Positions 38,234 to 48,158 of a stretch of DNA of 64,000 nt are shown piece after piece (position 1 is the first letter of the stretch; each line of letters begins with the position of its first letter). This DNA is from Fimbriimonadia bacterium (GTDB lineage: Bacteria > Armatimonadota > Fimbriimonadia > Fimbriimonadales > JABRVX01). The notes under the pieces were generated by a model. That model was not told the DNA's origin. It did no database searches and saw only the letters and a list, made by a program, of their open reading frames with translations. The stretch spans positions 160,001-224,000 of the forward strand of contig JBGPGO010000004.1 in NCBI GenBank assembly GCA_041483895.1. The letters run 5' to 3'. The position numbers and the translations under genes are program-made.

Positions 38234-38878
38234 CTAGCCGCCCTTCCGCCGGTGGCAGGCCGCAATCCCACCTTTTTCAACATATTGCTGATGGTATCCC
38301 TCGGCCTTGTAGAACGGCGCAGCCGGCGCAATTTGGGTGACAATCTTGTCCTTGAACTCGCCGGATGCCTGGAGCTTGTCTCGTGAGGCGATGGCTGCTT
38401 GGCGTTGGGACTCGCTGTGATAGAAGATGGCTGACCGGTAACTGTCGCCGAGGTCCACGCCCTGACCATCCGTCTGGGTGGGATCATGCAGGTCCCAAAA
38501 CAGAGCAAGCATCTTCTCGTACGACGTCTTTGTAGGGTCAAATTCTACCTGGACGGCTTCCGCGTGGCCGGTGGTGTGGGAACAGACCTGCTCGTAGCTG
38601 GGGTTCTTCATCCTGCCTCCGGTATAGCCGACAGCCGTGGCGATGACACCGGGCTCCTTCCGGAACTCGGCCTCCACGCCCCAGAAGCAGCCGGCGGCAA
38701 AGGACGCCACCTCGGTCTTTCCGACCTCCTTGGGCGCGTTTTTGACTTTGTACAGACCGTTTTTGGTAAGGTTGCTACCGTCGGGTCCGCTCGCGGCGGC
38801 CTCGACCGAAGTCCCGCAGCCTGCCAACCCTAGGCTCGCCGCCGCTATGATCCCGAGAGCCAACTGTATCAGCTTCAT
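38234..38878 (-). CDS. msrA: Peptide-methionine (S)-S-oxide reductase, lipoprotein
   Basis: Lipobox [41 protein letters not shown]. Confidence 0.95.
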   Translation of the reverse strand: MKLIQLALGIIAAASLGLAGCGTSVEAAASGPDGSNLTKNGLYKVKNAPKEVGKTEVASFAAGCFWGVEAEFRKEPGVIATAVGYTGGRMKNPSYEQVCSHTTGHAEAVQVEFDPTKTSYEKMLALFWDLHDPTQTDGQGVDLGDSYRSAIFYHSESQRQAAIASRDKLQASGEFKDKIVTQIAPAAPFYKAEGYHQQYVEKGGIAACHRRKGG

Positions 38879-38951
38879 CCGTTTCTCCGCTCTGTTCGTG
38901 CTAACCCGTATTATGGTGAAAGCGCCGGAAAAGGTTCCCAATGCAGTTTGA

Positions 38952-40013
38952 TTAGGTGTCGCCTGACATGCCAAAGTTGACAAGCGTGGTGTTGAAGTCC
39001 TTGATGTCCACCATGCCACTGCCATCCAAATCGGTGGGATCCATGCCCGGGCTGGTATCGAAAGCGATCAGCTCGGCATTTAAGTCGCGAAGATCCACGA
39101 CGTTGTCGCCTGTCGAGTCTCCAAGCACATCTTGCGCCCAGTTGATCGTTGTTCGGTCCGCACTGACGAGCAGCGCCGTTTTGCGAAGAGCCAGCCACCG
39201 ATCCCCTTTGCCGACAAAATCTCTGGTACCCGTAGTCATAAGGTTCGCGCAGTAATAGCCTGATTCATCGAGAGTCAGATTCAGCGTTTCGAGTATCGTG
39301 GTCATGTCCATCACTTTGACTGTAAAGGGGATGCCCCTTGGGACTCCGACAAAATCGGCGAGATTGACGATTCCTTCAACGGCATGGTCTTCGGTGATAT
39401 GGATGTTGTCGATCATGATCATCACGGGTTTTCCCGCCGCAATGCGAGACAATGTGATCGTCATGGTCCACAAGTTTCCTGTTTCTGGAGTATCGGACCA
39501 GCTATGGATGTAGGTTCTGTCAAGAATTTGGCTCGTCGCGCCGGACCCTGTAAGCTGCAGGGTAAGTTGCGTCGCGTTGTTGTATTTGAATTCGATTTTT
39601 GCACGGAGCGATGCCATGTCCGCCATGTCTTCAGCAATGAATCGAGCGTTGAAGGTGACCTTCCATTGGCGGGCCGAATTAACTGTGTCACTCCAATTCG
39701 TATCCTTGAAAATCGCGTTCTGATTGGCTGCCGCGCCGTCCAGCATTGCGGCCAGAACATGGTTTTTGCGCTGTATGGTCGTCGTGTTTAGAGTGTCCCA
39801 TTTTGCCCGAACGCCATCGGAAATCCACGGCTCTGTATTCGTCAGCTCATCCTCTGTCTTGGCGATCACCGGCGTGGCGCCACTGGTGTTGCTGACGACA
39901 GACCAGCTGCCGACCGAGGAAAAATCCACATTCCGCCAGACGTAGGCGCCCACTTGCGAGGACGCCGCCAATGCAAAGCAAACGGCCACTCCAGCCTTTC
40001 CAAAACTCGTCAT
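38952..40013 (-). CDS. Secreted protein with C-terminal beta-sandwich + dockerin-like (EF-hand) module
   Basis: Signal peptide; [15 protein letters not shown]...[14 protein letters not shown]. Confidence 0.75.
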   Translation of the reverse strand: MTSFGKAGVAVCFALAASSQVGAYVWRNVDFSSVGSWSVVSNTSGATPVIAKTEDELTNTEPWISDGVRAKWDTLNTTTIQRKNHVLAAMLDGAAANQNAIFKDTNWSDTVNSARQWKVTFNARFIAEDMADMASLRAKIEFKYNNATQLTLQLTGSGATSQILDRTYIHSWSDTPETGNLWTMTITLSRIAAGKPVMIMIDNIHITEDHAVEGIVNLADFVGVPRGIPFTVKVMDMTTILETLNLTLDESGYYCANLMTTGTRDFVGKGDRWLALRKTALLVSADRTTINWAQDVLGDSTGDNVVDLRDLNAELIAFDTSPGMDPTDLDGSGMVDIKDFNTTLVNFGMSGDT

Positions 40014-40188
40014 CAATCGATCCTCCCGTGCAATGAAATTCCCCGCCGTAGTTCAAGAGAGATGCGGGTCTCGATTAAATACTTTTACACAGGGGACATT
40101 ATACGGCAGTTCTTGAAAGCCCGCAGGCCGATAATCCTCATGCGGCCCAAGGTAAAATTGCGGCAAGCATGGAAAGGTGGTGGCTGTG

Positions 40189-41097
40189 ATGAGCGTGATG
40201 GCTCCTGTGAAGCCAGTTACACTAGAGGATATGCCCAATCTGGGGACCGGCAAGAGGGCCAGGCTCCACCGGCTGCTTTACAAGTACGGCCCAGGGAACG
40301 GCACGCTGCTGTTTCTTCCCATCGACCAGGGATTGGAACATGGGCCAAGGGACTTTTTCGTGAATCCCGATTCGGCGGACCCGGAGTTTGAGCTTCGCCT
40401 ATGCAAAGAGGTCGGGTTCAGCGCGATCGTGTTCCAGTATGGGATAGCGGACAAGTATATGCCGCGCTTTGCCGGCGAAGTGCCGCTGGTGCTGAAATTG
40501 AACGGGAAGACCGAAATCCCGCCGGACAATGAGGCGCTGTCCTGCATGATCGCCAGTGTGGAGGATGCCTGCCGGCTGGGGGCGGACGCGATAGGCTACA
40601 CGCTGTATATCGGCTCGCCGTCGCAGTATGAGGATTTCCATAACTTCCAGCAGGTGCGGCGGGAAGCGGAGGCGCTGGGGATGCCCATGATCACCTGGGC
40701 CTATCCGCGGGGCGAGGCGATCGCGACGAAGGGCGGCAAGGACAGCCTGTACGCCATTGACTATGCATCGCGTGTGACCGCCGAGCTTGGGTCGGACGTG
40801 GTGAAGATCAACTTCCCGAAGAAGACCTCGCCGGACAGCCCGAAGCCGTACAACACGCTGGAAGAGAGCGATGCCGAGATGATCCGGCGCGTGGTGGCCT
40901 CGGCGGGCAAGCAGTTCGTGGTGATCTCCGGTGGGGAGAAGGGCAGCGACGAAGCCGTGCTGCATAAGGTGACGCTTTCGATGGAAGGCGGCGCGACGGG
41001 GATGATCTTCGGTCGCAACGTCTGGCAGCGGCAGTGGTCCGAGGCGGTCTCCATCTCCGGGCGGATCAAGGACGTCCTGTTGCGGTTTGGGAGATAG
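40189..41097 (+). CDS. fbaB: Class I fructose-bisphosphate aldolase (DhnA/FbaB type)
   Basis: LPIDQGLEHGP, LKLNGK, GADAIGYT, WAYPRG, ELGSDVVK (Schiff-base Lys), GRNVWQ. Confidence 0.9.
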   Translation: MSVMAPVKPVTLEDMPNLGTGKRARLHRLLYKYGPGNGTLLFLPIDQGLEHGPRDFFVNPDSADPEFELRLCKEVGFSAIVFQYGIADKYMPRFAGEVPLVLKLNGKTEIPPDNEALSCMIASVEDACRLGADAIGYTLYIGSPSQYEDFHNFQQVRREAEALGMPMITWAYPRGEAIATKGGKDSLYAIDYASRVTAELGSDVVKINFPKKTSPDSPKPYNTLEESDAEMIRRVVASAGKQFVVISGGEKGSDEAVLHKVTLSMEGGATGMIFGRNVWQRQWSEAVSISGRIKDVLLRFGR

Positions 41098-41108
41098 GAT
41101 AAGGCAGC

Positions 41109-42089
41109 GTGCTAACCGACAGCGACGTCCACTATCTCGCTGGCCTCCTATTGCTTTTGTCGACGGATTCTAATGTTCGCATCGACCTTGGGAAGAAGGT
41201 GGTGGATGCGACGATCCCCAAGCCCCGCGATGTAGACGTAGTCCTAACGACAACCAAGGAAGGAGTCGATGAGCACTCCCTGGGCGGCATAGAGGTAAAG
41301 GATCACGATCGAAAGTTGGACGTGACGCACGTGGAGCAACTCGGCGCAAAGCTGCGTGACATGCCCGCGCTCGAGACTCGCGGTATCGTCTCCGCGAGCG
41401 GCTACACAGACCCGGCCCTCAAGAAATGCGAGGCTTACGGTGTGCGAGCCCTTTGCCTTCAGCGCTGGATTCCCGCCGAGTCCCCGTTAAACCACGTCTC
41501 ATTTCCGGCGGACCTGTGTTTCAGCGCTCCTCTTCTAGTTCCCCATGGCCCCATTGGCCTTCGGTATACATCCGGCTCTAATGATTCAGTGGTCAACCCC
41601 GCAGAGAGCGCGAGACCGTGCGAGTGGTATGTAGACGGTGTTCGCCAGGCGAACATCACCACCATCGGGCAGCTAAACGACGCGATTCTCGCGGCGTTCC
41701 ACGAAGGTCTTCCGGAAGACATGCGCAACCACATCACGGAGAACGGACCCTTCCCATTTGATATGCGGCTGTTGTTCACGGAGAAGGAGCACATGCTCAC
41801 GCTAAACGGGGATACCTATAAGATCGACTCAGTTGCAATCCAGGGTAATCTGTCACGCAAAGTGGACCAGATTCCAATGGATTGGCGAGCGCTCGTCGAT
41901 GCCACAAGCGGTGACTATTTCGCCGGAGCAGGCGTGGCTGTTTTGCAGAATGGAGCCCTCATCGGGCTGGCGCTGACAACTCGCAATGAGCAGGCCCATA
42001 TCATTCACGTTTCGCCTGAGGATCGAGTTCGACGGGTGATACGCAACCAGAATCTTGGGCCGGCAGTATGCGAGACGGTGGTGGGGTAG
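41109..42089 (+). CDS. Mrr_cat-like PD-(D/E)xK restriction endonuclease domain protein
   Basis: RDVDV...IEVKDH.RKLDV..VEQL...IVSASGYT..A..K...YGV; unassigned C-terminal half. Confidence 0.75.
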   Translation: MLTDSDVHYLAGLLLLLSTDSNVRIDLGKKVVDATIPKPRDVDVVLTTTKEGVDEHSLGGIEVKDHDRKLDVTHVEQLGAKLRDMPALETRGIVSASGYTDPALKKCEAYGVRALCLQRWIPAESPLNHVSFPADLCFSAPLLVPHGPIGLRYTSGSNDSVVNPAESARPCEWYVDGVRQANITTIGQLNDAILAAFHEGLPEDMRNHITENGPFPFDMRLLFTEKEHMLTLNGDTYKIDSVAIQGNLSRKVDQIPMDWRALVDATSGDYFAGAGVAVLQNGALIGLALTTRNEQAHIIHVSPEDRVRRVIRNQNLGPAVCETVVG

Positions 42090-42093
42090 GGCG

Positions 42094-43017
42094 ATGGCCA
42101 ACTTAGCGCACCCATTCGATCCAATCTCTGAACTCGTACTGGCTAGTACGGACAGTCCCAACCAAAGAGCTATTAGGGAGATTGAGAATCACTACCACGT
42201 CGCCATGATCGCTGACAACATGCAAGCCTTAATGCATCATCAAGCGAACATGCTAAAGGTTCAGTTGGGCCATGCTGCCATATCAAAGGCGGGATTCGAA
42301 GCCCTGAGTGCGCAGCAAGCGGAGACGAATGCGTTTCTCGCGGACATCGGGATGACGCTTGATGACATCCTTTACACCCAAGAACTTGTCCTTTCAGAGT
42401 TGCAGGGGCTGCACGCAACCGTCGCAGAAGGCTTCGAGAGGGTCGCGAATGAGCTGATTGCTCAGCGGAAGGTTCTTGAGACGATAGCAGACACCCTCAA
42501 GAAACCCTATGAGACGAAAGCGAGAGAACTCCGAAACGAAGCGGACAAATGGCTGAAGCAGGGGATGAAGCGAAAGGGGCAAGACAGGGTGGAGGACTAC
42601 AAGGATGCCCTGCGGCTCTTACAGACCTGCACGGAGAACCCAATCGGAATGGAGGACTATGTGGTTTGGTTTCAGATCGGCTGGCTGCACTGGAAGCATC
42701 TGGAAGATGTGGGGGCCGCAGAACGCGCGTTCTACCGATCCGCTCGGCTTGCGGAATCATCCGGCGATCTTTATTATGTGAACGCCTTACGCCATCAGGC
42801 ATATATGCTCTCTTCTCTGGGGCGGGACGAAGACGCTTATGAGAGATGCCTGCGCGCCTCCCGTACGACGCGTCAACACGCAAAGTTGTTTGATCTCGCG
42901 CGGTACGCCAAGAAGACTGGCCGGACGGAGGAAGCTGCAGCACTGTTAGACGAGGCTCTCGTTTTGCACCCGCCCTTGATCGTGGCAATGTATGGAGAAT
43001 CGGATTTTGGCACCTAA
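42094..43017 (+). CDS. Coiled-coil + TPR-like protein
   Basis: Heptad N-half; WFQIGWLHW...AERAFYRSAR, LFDLARY...AAALL helical repeats. Confidence 0.65.
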   Translation: MANLAHPFDPISELVLASTDSPNQRAIREIENHYHVAMIADNMQALMHHQANMLKVQLGHAAISKAGFEALSAQQAETNAFLADIGMTLDDILYTQELVLSELQGLHATVAEGFERVANELIAQRKVLETIADTLKKPYETKARELRNEADKWLKQGMKRKGQDRVEDYKDALRLLQTCTENPIGMEDYVVWFQIGWLHWKHLEDVGAAERAFYRSARLAESSGDLYYVNALRHQAYMLSSLGRDEDAYERCLRASRTTRQHAKLFDLARYAKKTGRTEEAAALLDEALVLHPPLIVAMYGESDFGT

Positions 43018-43720
43018 TCCGTGGCTTGATGCAATTGCGAATGCGAGGACAGCCTCCGGCCAAAGAGAAGTTGCCGACGCAACGCACGCCCTCTTTGACG
43101 AGTGCGAGCGCCTTCAGAGCATTGCCAAAGGCATCGGCATGGAATTGGGATTGCCTTGGGCTAGCCATGCGATCAGCGACATCCTGTACGCAGGCGGAGA
43201 GGCCCTGAGTGCGGATTATTTGACTTGCGTCACGGCTTGCCGGCGCTTGAAGGAAGCCCAATTAGAAGCCCGAAAACACGCTCTTCTTCATATCAGTGAG
43301 GCACTTGTGGCGCAGAAATCCGAGGTTCTTAGACTTCGAGAACTTGTCGCAAGGGTACAACAGGCTGACCTTAGCGCCGACGAAGATACCATGCAGCAGG
43401 GGGGTTTGATATGGGGTCTCGGCTGCTTCTCACTGGTTGTCGCATATTGTGTAATGGGAGTGCAAAGCCCGAGGCTTATGCTGCTTGGACCGACATTTGC
43501 GACCCTTTTCAAAGTGGCCACGATCACCGCAAGCGTAGCGCTCGTCTGGTGGATCACTCGTTTGGTTCCCAGATATGGCAGGGCGGCTGAATTGCGCAGT
43601 GCTAAATCCGAAGTCCAGAAGGCCGAAGAACGATATGTTGAACTCCGGGCCGCAGTTGATCAGGTCAACCGAACCCCGTGGATGGTTTCGCGCGAAGCTA
43701 TTTTGAAGGAGCTTGGCTGA
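42992..43720 (+). CDS. Hypothetical coiled-coil protein with two TM helices (possibly the frameshifted continuation of 42094..43017)
   Basis: 26-bp overlap with the upstream ORF; LIWGLGCFSLVVAYCVM and FATLFKVATITASVALVWW hydrophobic segments. Confidence 0.55.
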   Translation: MENRILAPNPWLDAIANARTASGQREVADATHALFDECERLQSIAKGIGMELGLPWASHAISDILYAGGEALSADYLTCVTACRRLKEAQLEARKHALLHISEALVAQKSEVLRLRELVARVQQADLSADEDTMQQGGLIWGLGCFSLVVAYCVMGVQSPRLMLLGPTFATLFKVATITASVALVWWITRLVPRYGRAAELRSAKSEVQKAEERYVELRAAVDQVNRTPWMVSREAILKELG

Positions 43721-43763
43721 AATATCGATTTCGAGTAACTTCGACTGTCCTCATGTTCACACG

Positions 43764-43934
43764 TCAAGTTAGGGAGCGCTCCTCTTCAAGGGGCTTTGGG
43801 AAACGACATACCTCGACCGATGCTCGTTCGACCGTCACCTTCGCCGGGGGGTGGAGTTTGGTCGCGGTGAGGTCGACTTCGGTGACCATGGGGAACTGCT
43901 CCAAGATGGCGTCGGCCAGGACTGAGGCGAGGCG
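43764..43934 (-). pseudogene. folB: Duplicated 3' end of folB
   Basis: RLASVLADAILEQFPMVTEVDLTATKLHPPAKVTVERASVEVCR; 43807-43934 aligns ungapped to 44745-44872 (about 14 mismatches in 128 nt, hand count). Confidence 0.9.
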
Positions 43935-43995
43935 CTTGGTCGGATCCCAACTCACATGAAAACCGGCCGCCGGGTAAACTGAGCCGAGACAACCC

Positions 43996-44310
43996 ATGAA
44001 CGAACAGGAAGCCGTCGAACTCGTCAGTCAGCGGATGCGGGAGCTGTTCGACGTGCGTAGAATCCTCCTCTTCGGCTCGCGGGCAAGGGGCGGGGCCAAG
44101 CCGGATAGCGACTATGACGTGCTCGTCATCGCCGATACGGACGTACCGTTCATCGAGCGGCAAGGCATGGGCTTATTGGCCATCGGGGCGCGTGATTTCG
44201 CCATCGACCTCTTGATCTACACGCCGAGCGAAGCCGAAAAGGCTGCGTCTATCCCCGGGTCGGCACTGTACTGGGCCGAGCGTGAAGGTCGGGTGGTGTA
44301 TGCCAAGTAG
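43996..44310 (+). CDS. MNT nucleotidyltransferase antitoxin
   Basis: ILLFGSRARGGAKPDSDYDVLVI...REGRVVY. Confidence 0.9.
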   Translation: MNEQEAVELVSQRMRELFDVRRILLFGSRARGGAKPDSDYDVLVIADTDVPFIERQGMGLLAIGARDFAIDLLIYTPSEAEKAASIPGSALYWAEREGRVVYAK

Positions 44311-44674
44311 CGCGACGCAGGAATGGCTCGACAAAGCCAAAGAAGACGAGCAGGTCGTCCTTCTCATGAAGAATGCCGGTGGACCGTGGGGCATAGCGGC
44401 GTACCACATCCAACAGGCTGCTGAGAAGTACATCAAGGCATCTCTTGTCGAGGCGGGCCTGGCGCCCCCAAAGACGCACGACCTGGAACAGCTCTTTCAG
44501 TTACATCCAGAGCCTGCTCCGTCGACTCTGGTGCAACACGCCGCCGCCATGCTGAGCGCCTACGCTTGGCTGACAAGGTACCCCGGAACACCGCCCATCG
44601 AAGAAAGCCACGTGATCACAGCCGAATCCCAGCTTGCAACGATCAAGGCATGGGTGTTGGCGAACATTCCTTGA
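44300..44674 (+). CDS. HEPN domain protein
   Basis: EWLDKAKED...AYHIQQAAEKYIKA...PKTHDL...RYP. Confidence 0.9.
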   Translation: MPSSATQEWLDKAKEDEQVVLLMKNAGGPWGIAAYHIQQAAEKYIKASLVEAGLAPPKTHDLEQLFQLHPEPAPSTLVQHAAAMLSAYAWLTRYPGTPPIEESHVITAESQLATIKAWVLANIP

Positions 44675-44713
44675 TCAGGGGCCGCTTCCAGATTCGTTTG
44701 ATGCGAAGATCGT

Positions 44714-45100
44714 TCAGTTCGACCCCATTCCGGATATGGACCTGCATACTTCGACCGATGCGCGATCCACAATCACCTTCGCCGGGGGGTGGAGTTTGGT
44801 GGCGGTGAGGGTGAGCTCGGTGACCGTGGGGAACCGCTCCAAGATGGCGTCGGCCAGGACCGAGGCGAGGCGTTCCAGGAGGTTGAACTTCTCCCGCGCG
44901 CCAATCTCCACGATGAGCCGGGCGACGTCGGAGTAGGAGACCGTGTCGGCCAGGTCGTCTGTCTCGCAGGCTTTCGTGAAGTCGCCATGCAGCGTGACAT
45001 CCACGGAATACCGGTGCCCGACCTGTTTCTCCTCCGGCGAGACGCCATGAAACCCGTAGAACTCAATGCCCTCGATGCGAATTATGGTCGTCACGTCCAA
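44714..45100 (-). CDS. folB: Dihydroneopterin aldolase
   Basis: FYGFHGV..EEK..G..Y.VD, DDLADTVSY, FNLLERLA, TKLHPP. Confidence 0.95.
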   Translation of the reverse strand: MDVTTIIRIEGIEFYGFHGVSPEEKQVGHRYSVDVTLHGDFTKACETDDLADTVSYSDVARLIVEIGAREKFNLLERLASVLADAILERFPTVTELTLTATKLHPPAKVIVDRASVEVCRSISGMGSN

Positions 45101-45120
45101 AGGATACCTTTCGTTACAGT

Positions 45121-45368
45121 GTAGCCGCGGGTCCTCGTTCTGAACCGTGATCGAATCGCCGCCGCCAAGACCCGGGCGTGACCACGGTGGAAGCGCTCAA
45201 GCGGTATCGGATCATCCAACGTGGTCTCTCGCAGGTTTTGTACCAGACGATTCGAAAGGGGTATCAGAACGAGAACCTGCGGCTACCGGAAATTGCCATC
45301 GCCAAGTCACTCGCAGGTTTTGTTCCGGGCGATTCGGAACGGGTGTCAGAACGAGAACCTGCGGCGCC
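45121..45368. repeat. Three copies of a long (about 62 nt) GTAG-CCGC REP-like hairpin
   Basis: Forward 45121-45181 (GTAGCCGCGGGTCCTCGTTCTGA...); reverse copies 45224-45287 and 45306-45368 ending TCAGAACGAGAACCTGCGGC. Confidence 0.8.
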
Positions 45369-45407
45369 ATGAAGAATCGCGAGCCATCCCACGTATCATA
45401 ATAGGAT

Positions 45408-47228
45408 ATGGCCGTTGAGGAGAAGCTGAAGGGGCTGCCGAAGGACCCCGGCTGTTACATCTTTAAGGATAAGGGTGGGGGCATTCTATACGTCGGGAAG
45501 GCCCTCGACCTGCGCTCGCGCGTGCGCAGCTACTTCCTAAAGTCCGCCAAGCACGGCCCCCGAATTGCCCGCCTGGTCTCCAACATCGCCGACCTGGAAG
45601 TCATGGTGACCGACACCGAGCTGGAGGCGCTGGTCCTGGAATGCACCCTGATCAAGCAGCACCGGCCCCCATACAACGTCCGCATGCGCGACGACAAATC
45701 CTATCCCTACATCGCCGTCACGATCAACGAAATGTTCCCTCGCGTCATGTTCACCCGGCGCCGGAAGAAGGACGGCACCCGCTATTTCGGCCCGTTCACC
45801 AGCGCCTTCGCCGTCCGAGATACTTTGCGGCTGCTCCACAAACTGTTCCCCCTCATCCCGTGCCAAAAGGTGTTCCGCAACAGGTCGGAGCAGAAACCCT
45901 GCCTGTACTACCACCTAGGCCAGTGCCTCGCTCCGTGCGCCGGCCTCTCGGACCGAGCAAAGTATAAGGAGATCGTTCGGCAAGTTATACTTTTCTTGGA
46001 AGGCAGGCAGGAGGAGCTGGCCGACAAGATACGCCAAGAGATGGACCAGGCGAGCGAGCAATTAGAGTTCGAGAAGGCGGCGGCGCTGCGCGACAAGCTG
46101 GCCAGCATCGAGGCCGTGCTGCAGCGCCAAAAGGTGGTGACCGACGAGACCACGGACCAGGACGTTGTCGCCATCGTGAAGGACGAGCGCGGGGCGTGTG
46201 TTCAGATGTTCTATGTGCGGCACGGCAAGCTGGTCGGGCAGCGGTCCTATTTCCTCGACGCCGCGCAAGAGGCCAGCCCGGAGGTCGCGGTGCAGGAGTT
46301 CGTCAAGCAGTTCTATTCCGATTCGCCCGAGGTGCCGCGGGAGATCCTGCTGCCGGTGGAGATTGAGGAGCGCAACATAATCCAGCAGTGGCTTCGGCAG
46401 CGGAAGGGCGCGGCGGTGAGCGTGAACGTGCCGCAGGGCGGCCAGAAGCTGCGGCTGGTAGAGATGGCGGCGACGAACGCGGAATTAGCGCTGACCGGGT
46501 TCAAATCCGACCTGGCGAAGCGCGAGGCGTGGGCGGACGAAGCGATGGCGCAGTTGCAGGAGGCGCTCGATTTGGAGACGCTTCCAATGCGGATCGAGTG
46601 TTATGATATATCCAACATACAAGGCACCGCGCCGGTCGGCAGCATGGTGGTGATGGATAACGGCGAGCTGGCGAAGGACGAATATCGGCGGTTTAAGATC
46701 AAGTTCATGCCGGAAAGCCCGGACGATTTCGCCATGATGCGGGAGGTGATCCAGCGACGGCTGCGGGCCACCATCGAGGGGGATGAGCGGTTCAGCAAAG
46801 CGCCGGACCTGATGGTGATCGATGGCGGCAAGGGGCAGCTCAATGCGGCGTTGGAGGCGATGGAGGACGTGCGACTTTCTTATCCTGTTGTTGGCCTCGC
46901 GAAGAAGCAGGAACTGGTCTTTTTGCCTGGGAAGTCTGACCCGGTGGCGCTGCCGGATAACTCGCCGGGGCTGAACCTGTTGCGACGGCTGCGGGACGAA
47001 GCGCACCGGTTTGCGCTCAGCTACCATCGGAAGCTGCGCGAGAAGCGGGCGGTGGGGTCGGTTCTGGAGGAGATTCCGGGCGTGGGTCCTCGGCGGCGGA
47101 GGCTGCTTTTGCGGACGTTTGGGTCGGTGCAGGCGATCAAAGATTCATCGCTTCAGGCCATCGCGTCGGTGCCGACGATGACGGAGTCGATGGCGAAGCG
47201 GGTCAAGGAGTATCTGGCCGAGACCTAG
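45408..47228 (+). CDS. uvrC: Excinuclease ABC subunit C
   Basis: PGCY...YVGKA..LR.RV.SY (GIY-YIG), RIECYDISN, DDFAMM, IDGGKGQ, RDEAHRFA, HhH. Confidence 0.98.
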   Translation: MAVEEKLKGLPKDPGCYIFKDKGGGILYVGKALDLRSRVRSYFLKSAKHGPRIARLVSNIADLEVMVTDTELEALVLECTLIKQHRPPYNVRMRDDKSYPYIAVTINEMFPRVMFTRRRKKDGTRYFGPFTSAFAVRDTLRLLHKLFPLIPCQKVFRNRSEQKPCLYYHLGQCLAPCAGLSDRAKYKEIVRQVILFLEGRQEELADKIRQEMDQASEQLEFEKAAALRDKLASIEAVLQRQKVVTDETTDQDVVAIVKDERGACVQMFYVRHGKLVGQRSYFLDAAQEASPEVAVQEFVKQFYSDSPEVPREILLPVEIEERNIIQQWLRQRKGAAVSVNVPQGGQKLRLVEMAATNAELALTGFKSDLAKREAWADEAMAQLQEALDLETLPMRIECYDISNIQGTAPVGSMVVMDNGELAKDEYRRFKIKFMPESPDDFAMMREVIQRRLRATIEGDERFSKAPDLMVIDGGKGQLNAALEAMEDVRLSYPVVGLAKKQELVFLPGKSDPVALPDNSPGLNLLRRLRDEAHRFALSYHRKLREKRAVGSVLEEIPGVGPRRRRLLLRTFGSVQAIKDSSLQAIASVPTMTESMAKRVKEYLAET

Positions 47229-47608
47229 CGAGAATACGGTTCTTGGGTGCTCAACTCACTAATGCAGCTATAGTGTTTGCGATTGAAAGTGTACAAGGAT
47301 TTGTTGATCGCAATGGCATGGGCGGCAATCAGCGCGTCCAACATCCCTAGCCCGTTGCTCAGTCGATGGCTTGTGAACAGATTGAATGCCGCCTCGCATG
47401 TGGTTCTATCAGGCCACAGCATATTGAATCGGTTGAGAAATCCCGATACAGCATTTTGTTCACTCAGATCCCTACAGCCCTGAATCAATTCCATCGCCAC
47501 AAATCCAGACACTCCGACAATTTCATCCGGTTGATCCCGCAACCAACGTTCAGCGCCATCGACTCCGCGAAGGATGTCGATCGCGACGTCGGAATCCAGA
47601 AAAATCAA
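47225..47608 (-). CDS. vapC: PIN-domain (VapC) toxin
   Basis: IFLDSDVAIDIL, MELIQG, DALIAAHA, TFNRKHY. Confidence 0.9.
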   Translation of the reverse strand: MIFLDSDVAIDILRGVDGAERWLRDQPDEIVGVSGFVAMELIQGCRDLSEQNAVSGFLNRFNMLWPDRTTCEAAFNLFTSHRLSNGLGMLDALIAAHAIAINKSLYTFNRKHYSCISELSTQEPYSR

Positions 47609-47865
47609 CCGAGAGAACCTCGATGTTCCATTTGCTCTCTCAGCCGCTTTGAGAATTCGGTACTATCCGCGATGTCATCCCTGTCGGCCCAAAGCCCAAC
47701 AAGCCCAGATTCAAGCAAATCCTCGCATGTCGGGAACGGTCTTTCTCTTTCCATGGCGGGCTGACTTATCACAACGTGGATCTTTTCACCAGATTTGAAC
47801 GGCAGACCCGCCAAGTGGAGTTGGCCATCGTCTTGAACAATGACTTCTGTCTCGTACGCTTCCAT
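47605..47865 (-). CDS. Putative antitoxin upstream of VapC
   Basis: MEAYETEVIVQDDGQL..LPF..GE..VVI (AbrB-like) and GLVGLWADRDDI; overlaps the toxin start. Confidence 0.75.
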   Translation of the reverse strand: MEAYETEVIVQDDGQLHLAGLPFKSGEKIHVVISQPAMERERPFPTCEDLLESGLVGLWADRDDIADSTEFSKRLREQMEHRGSLG

Positions 47866-48158
47866 CAGAAAATACAATACCCTATTCGTAGAAGGCAATG
47901 TACAGCAGGCGACAATTGGGATGCTTGCTACGAATTTCGACGGGACTTTGACCGGACCGCAAAGCATGTCCTGCATGGCCTGGGAGACAGGTCGGCGGCA
48001 AACCGCCATGGGGTTGGTCCAATTCACAATGAGCTATCACGCTTGAGCCTTCGGAAATTCCGGTCTCGCAGGAAGAACCTGCAAGCAATTCGGTCCGATG
48101 TTTCGCTACAATAGTGAACTTATCCGGTAGGAATCCGCTCCTAATCCATGGAGGATTG

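Noticed and set aside
43764..44872. Diversity-generating retroelement TR/VR pair
   Set aside because: Mismatches are not adenine-specific and no reverse transcriptase is present.
45121..45368. CRISPR array (also considered for 14949-15165 and 59030-59121)
   Set aside because: Units are degenerate, occur in both orientations, lack regular unique spacers, and no cas genes are present.
47920..48046. Short ORF starting MLATNFDGTL resembling a HAD-hydrolase motif I remnant
   Set aside because: Only about 10 residues resemble the motif and the first Asp is absent; not supportable.
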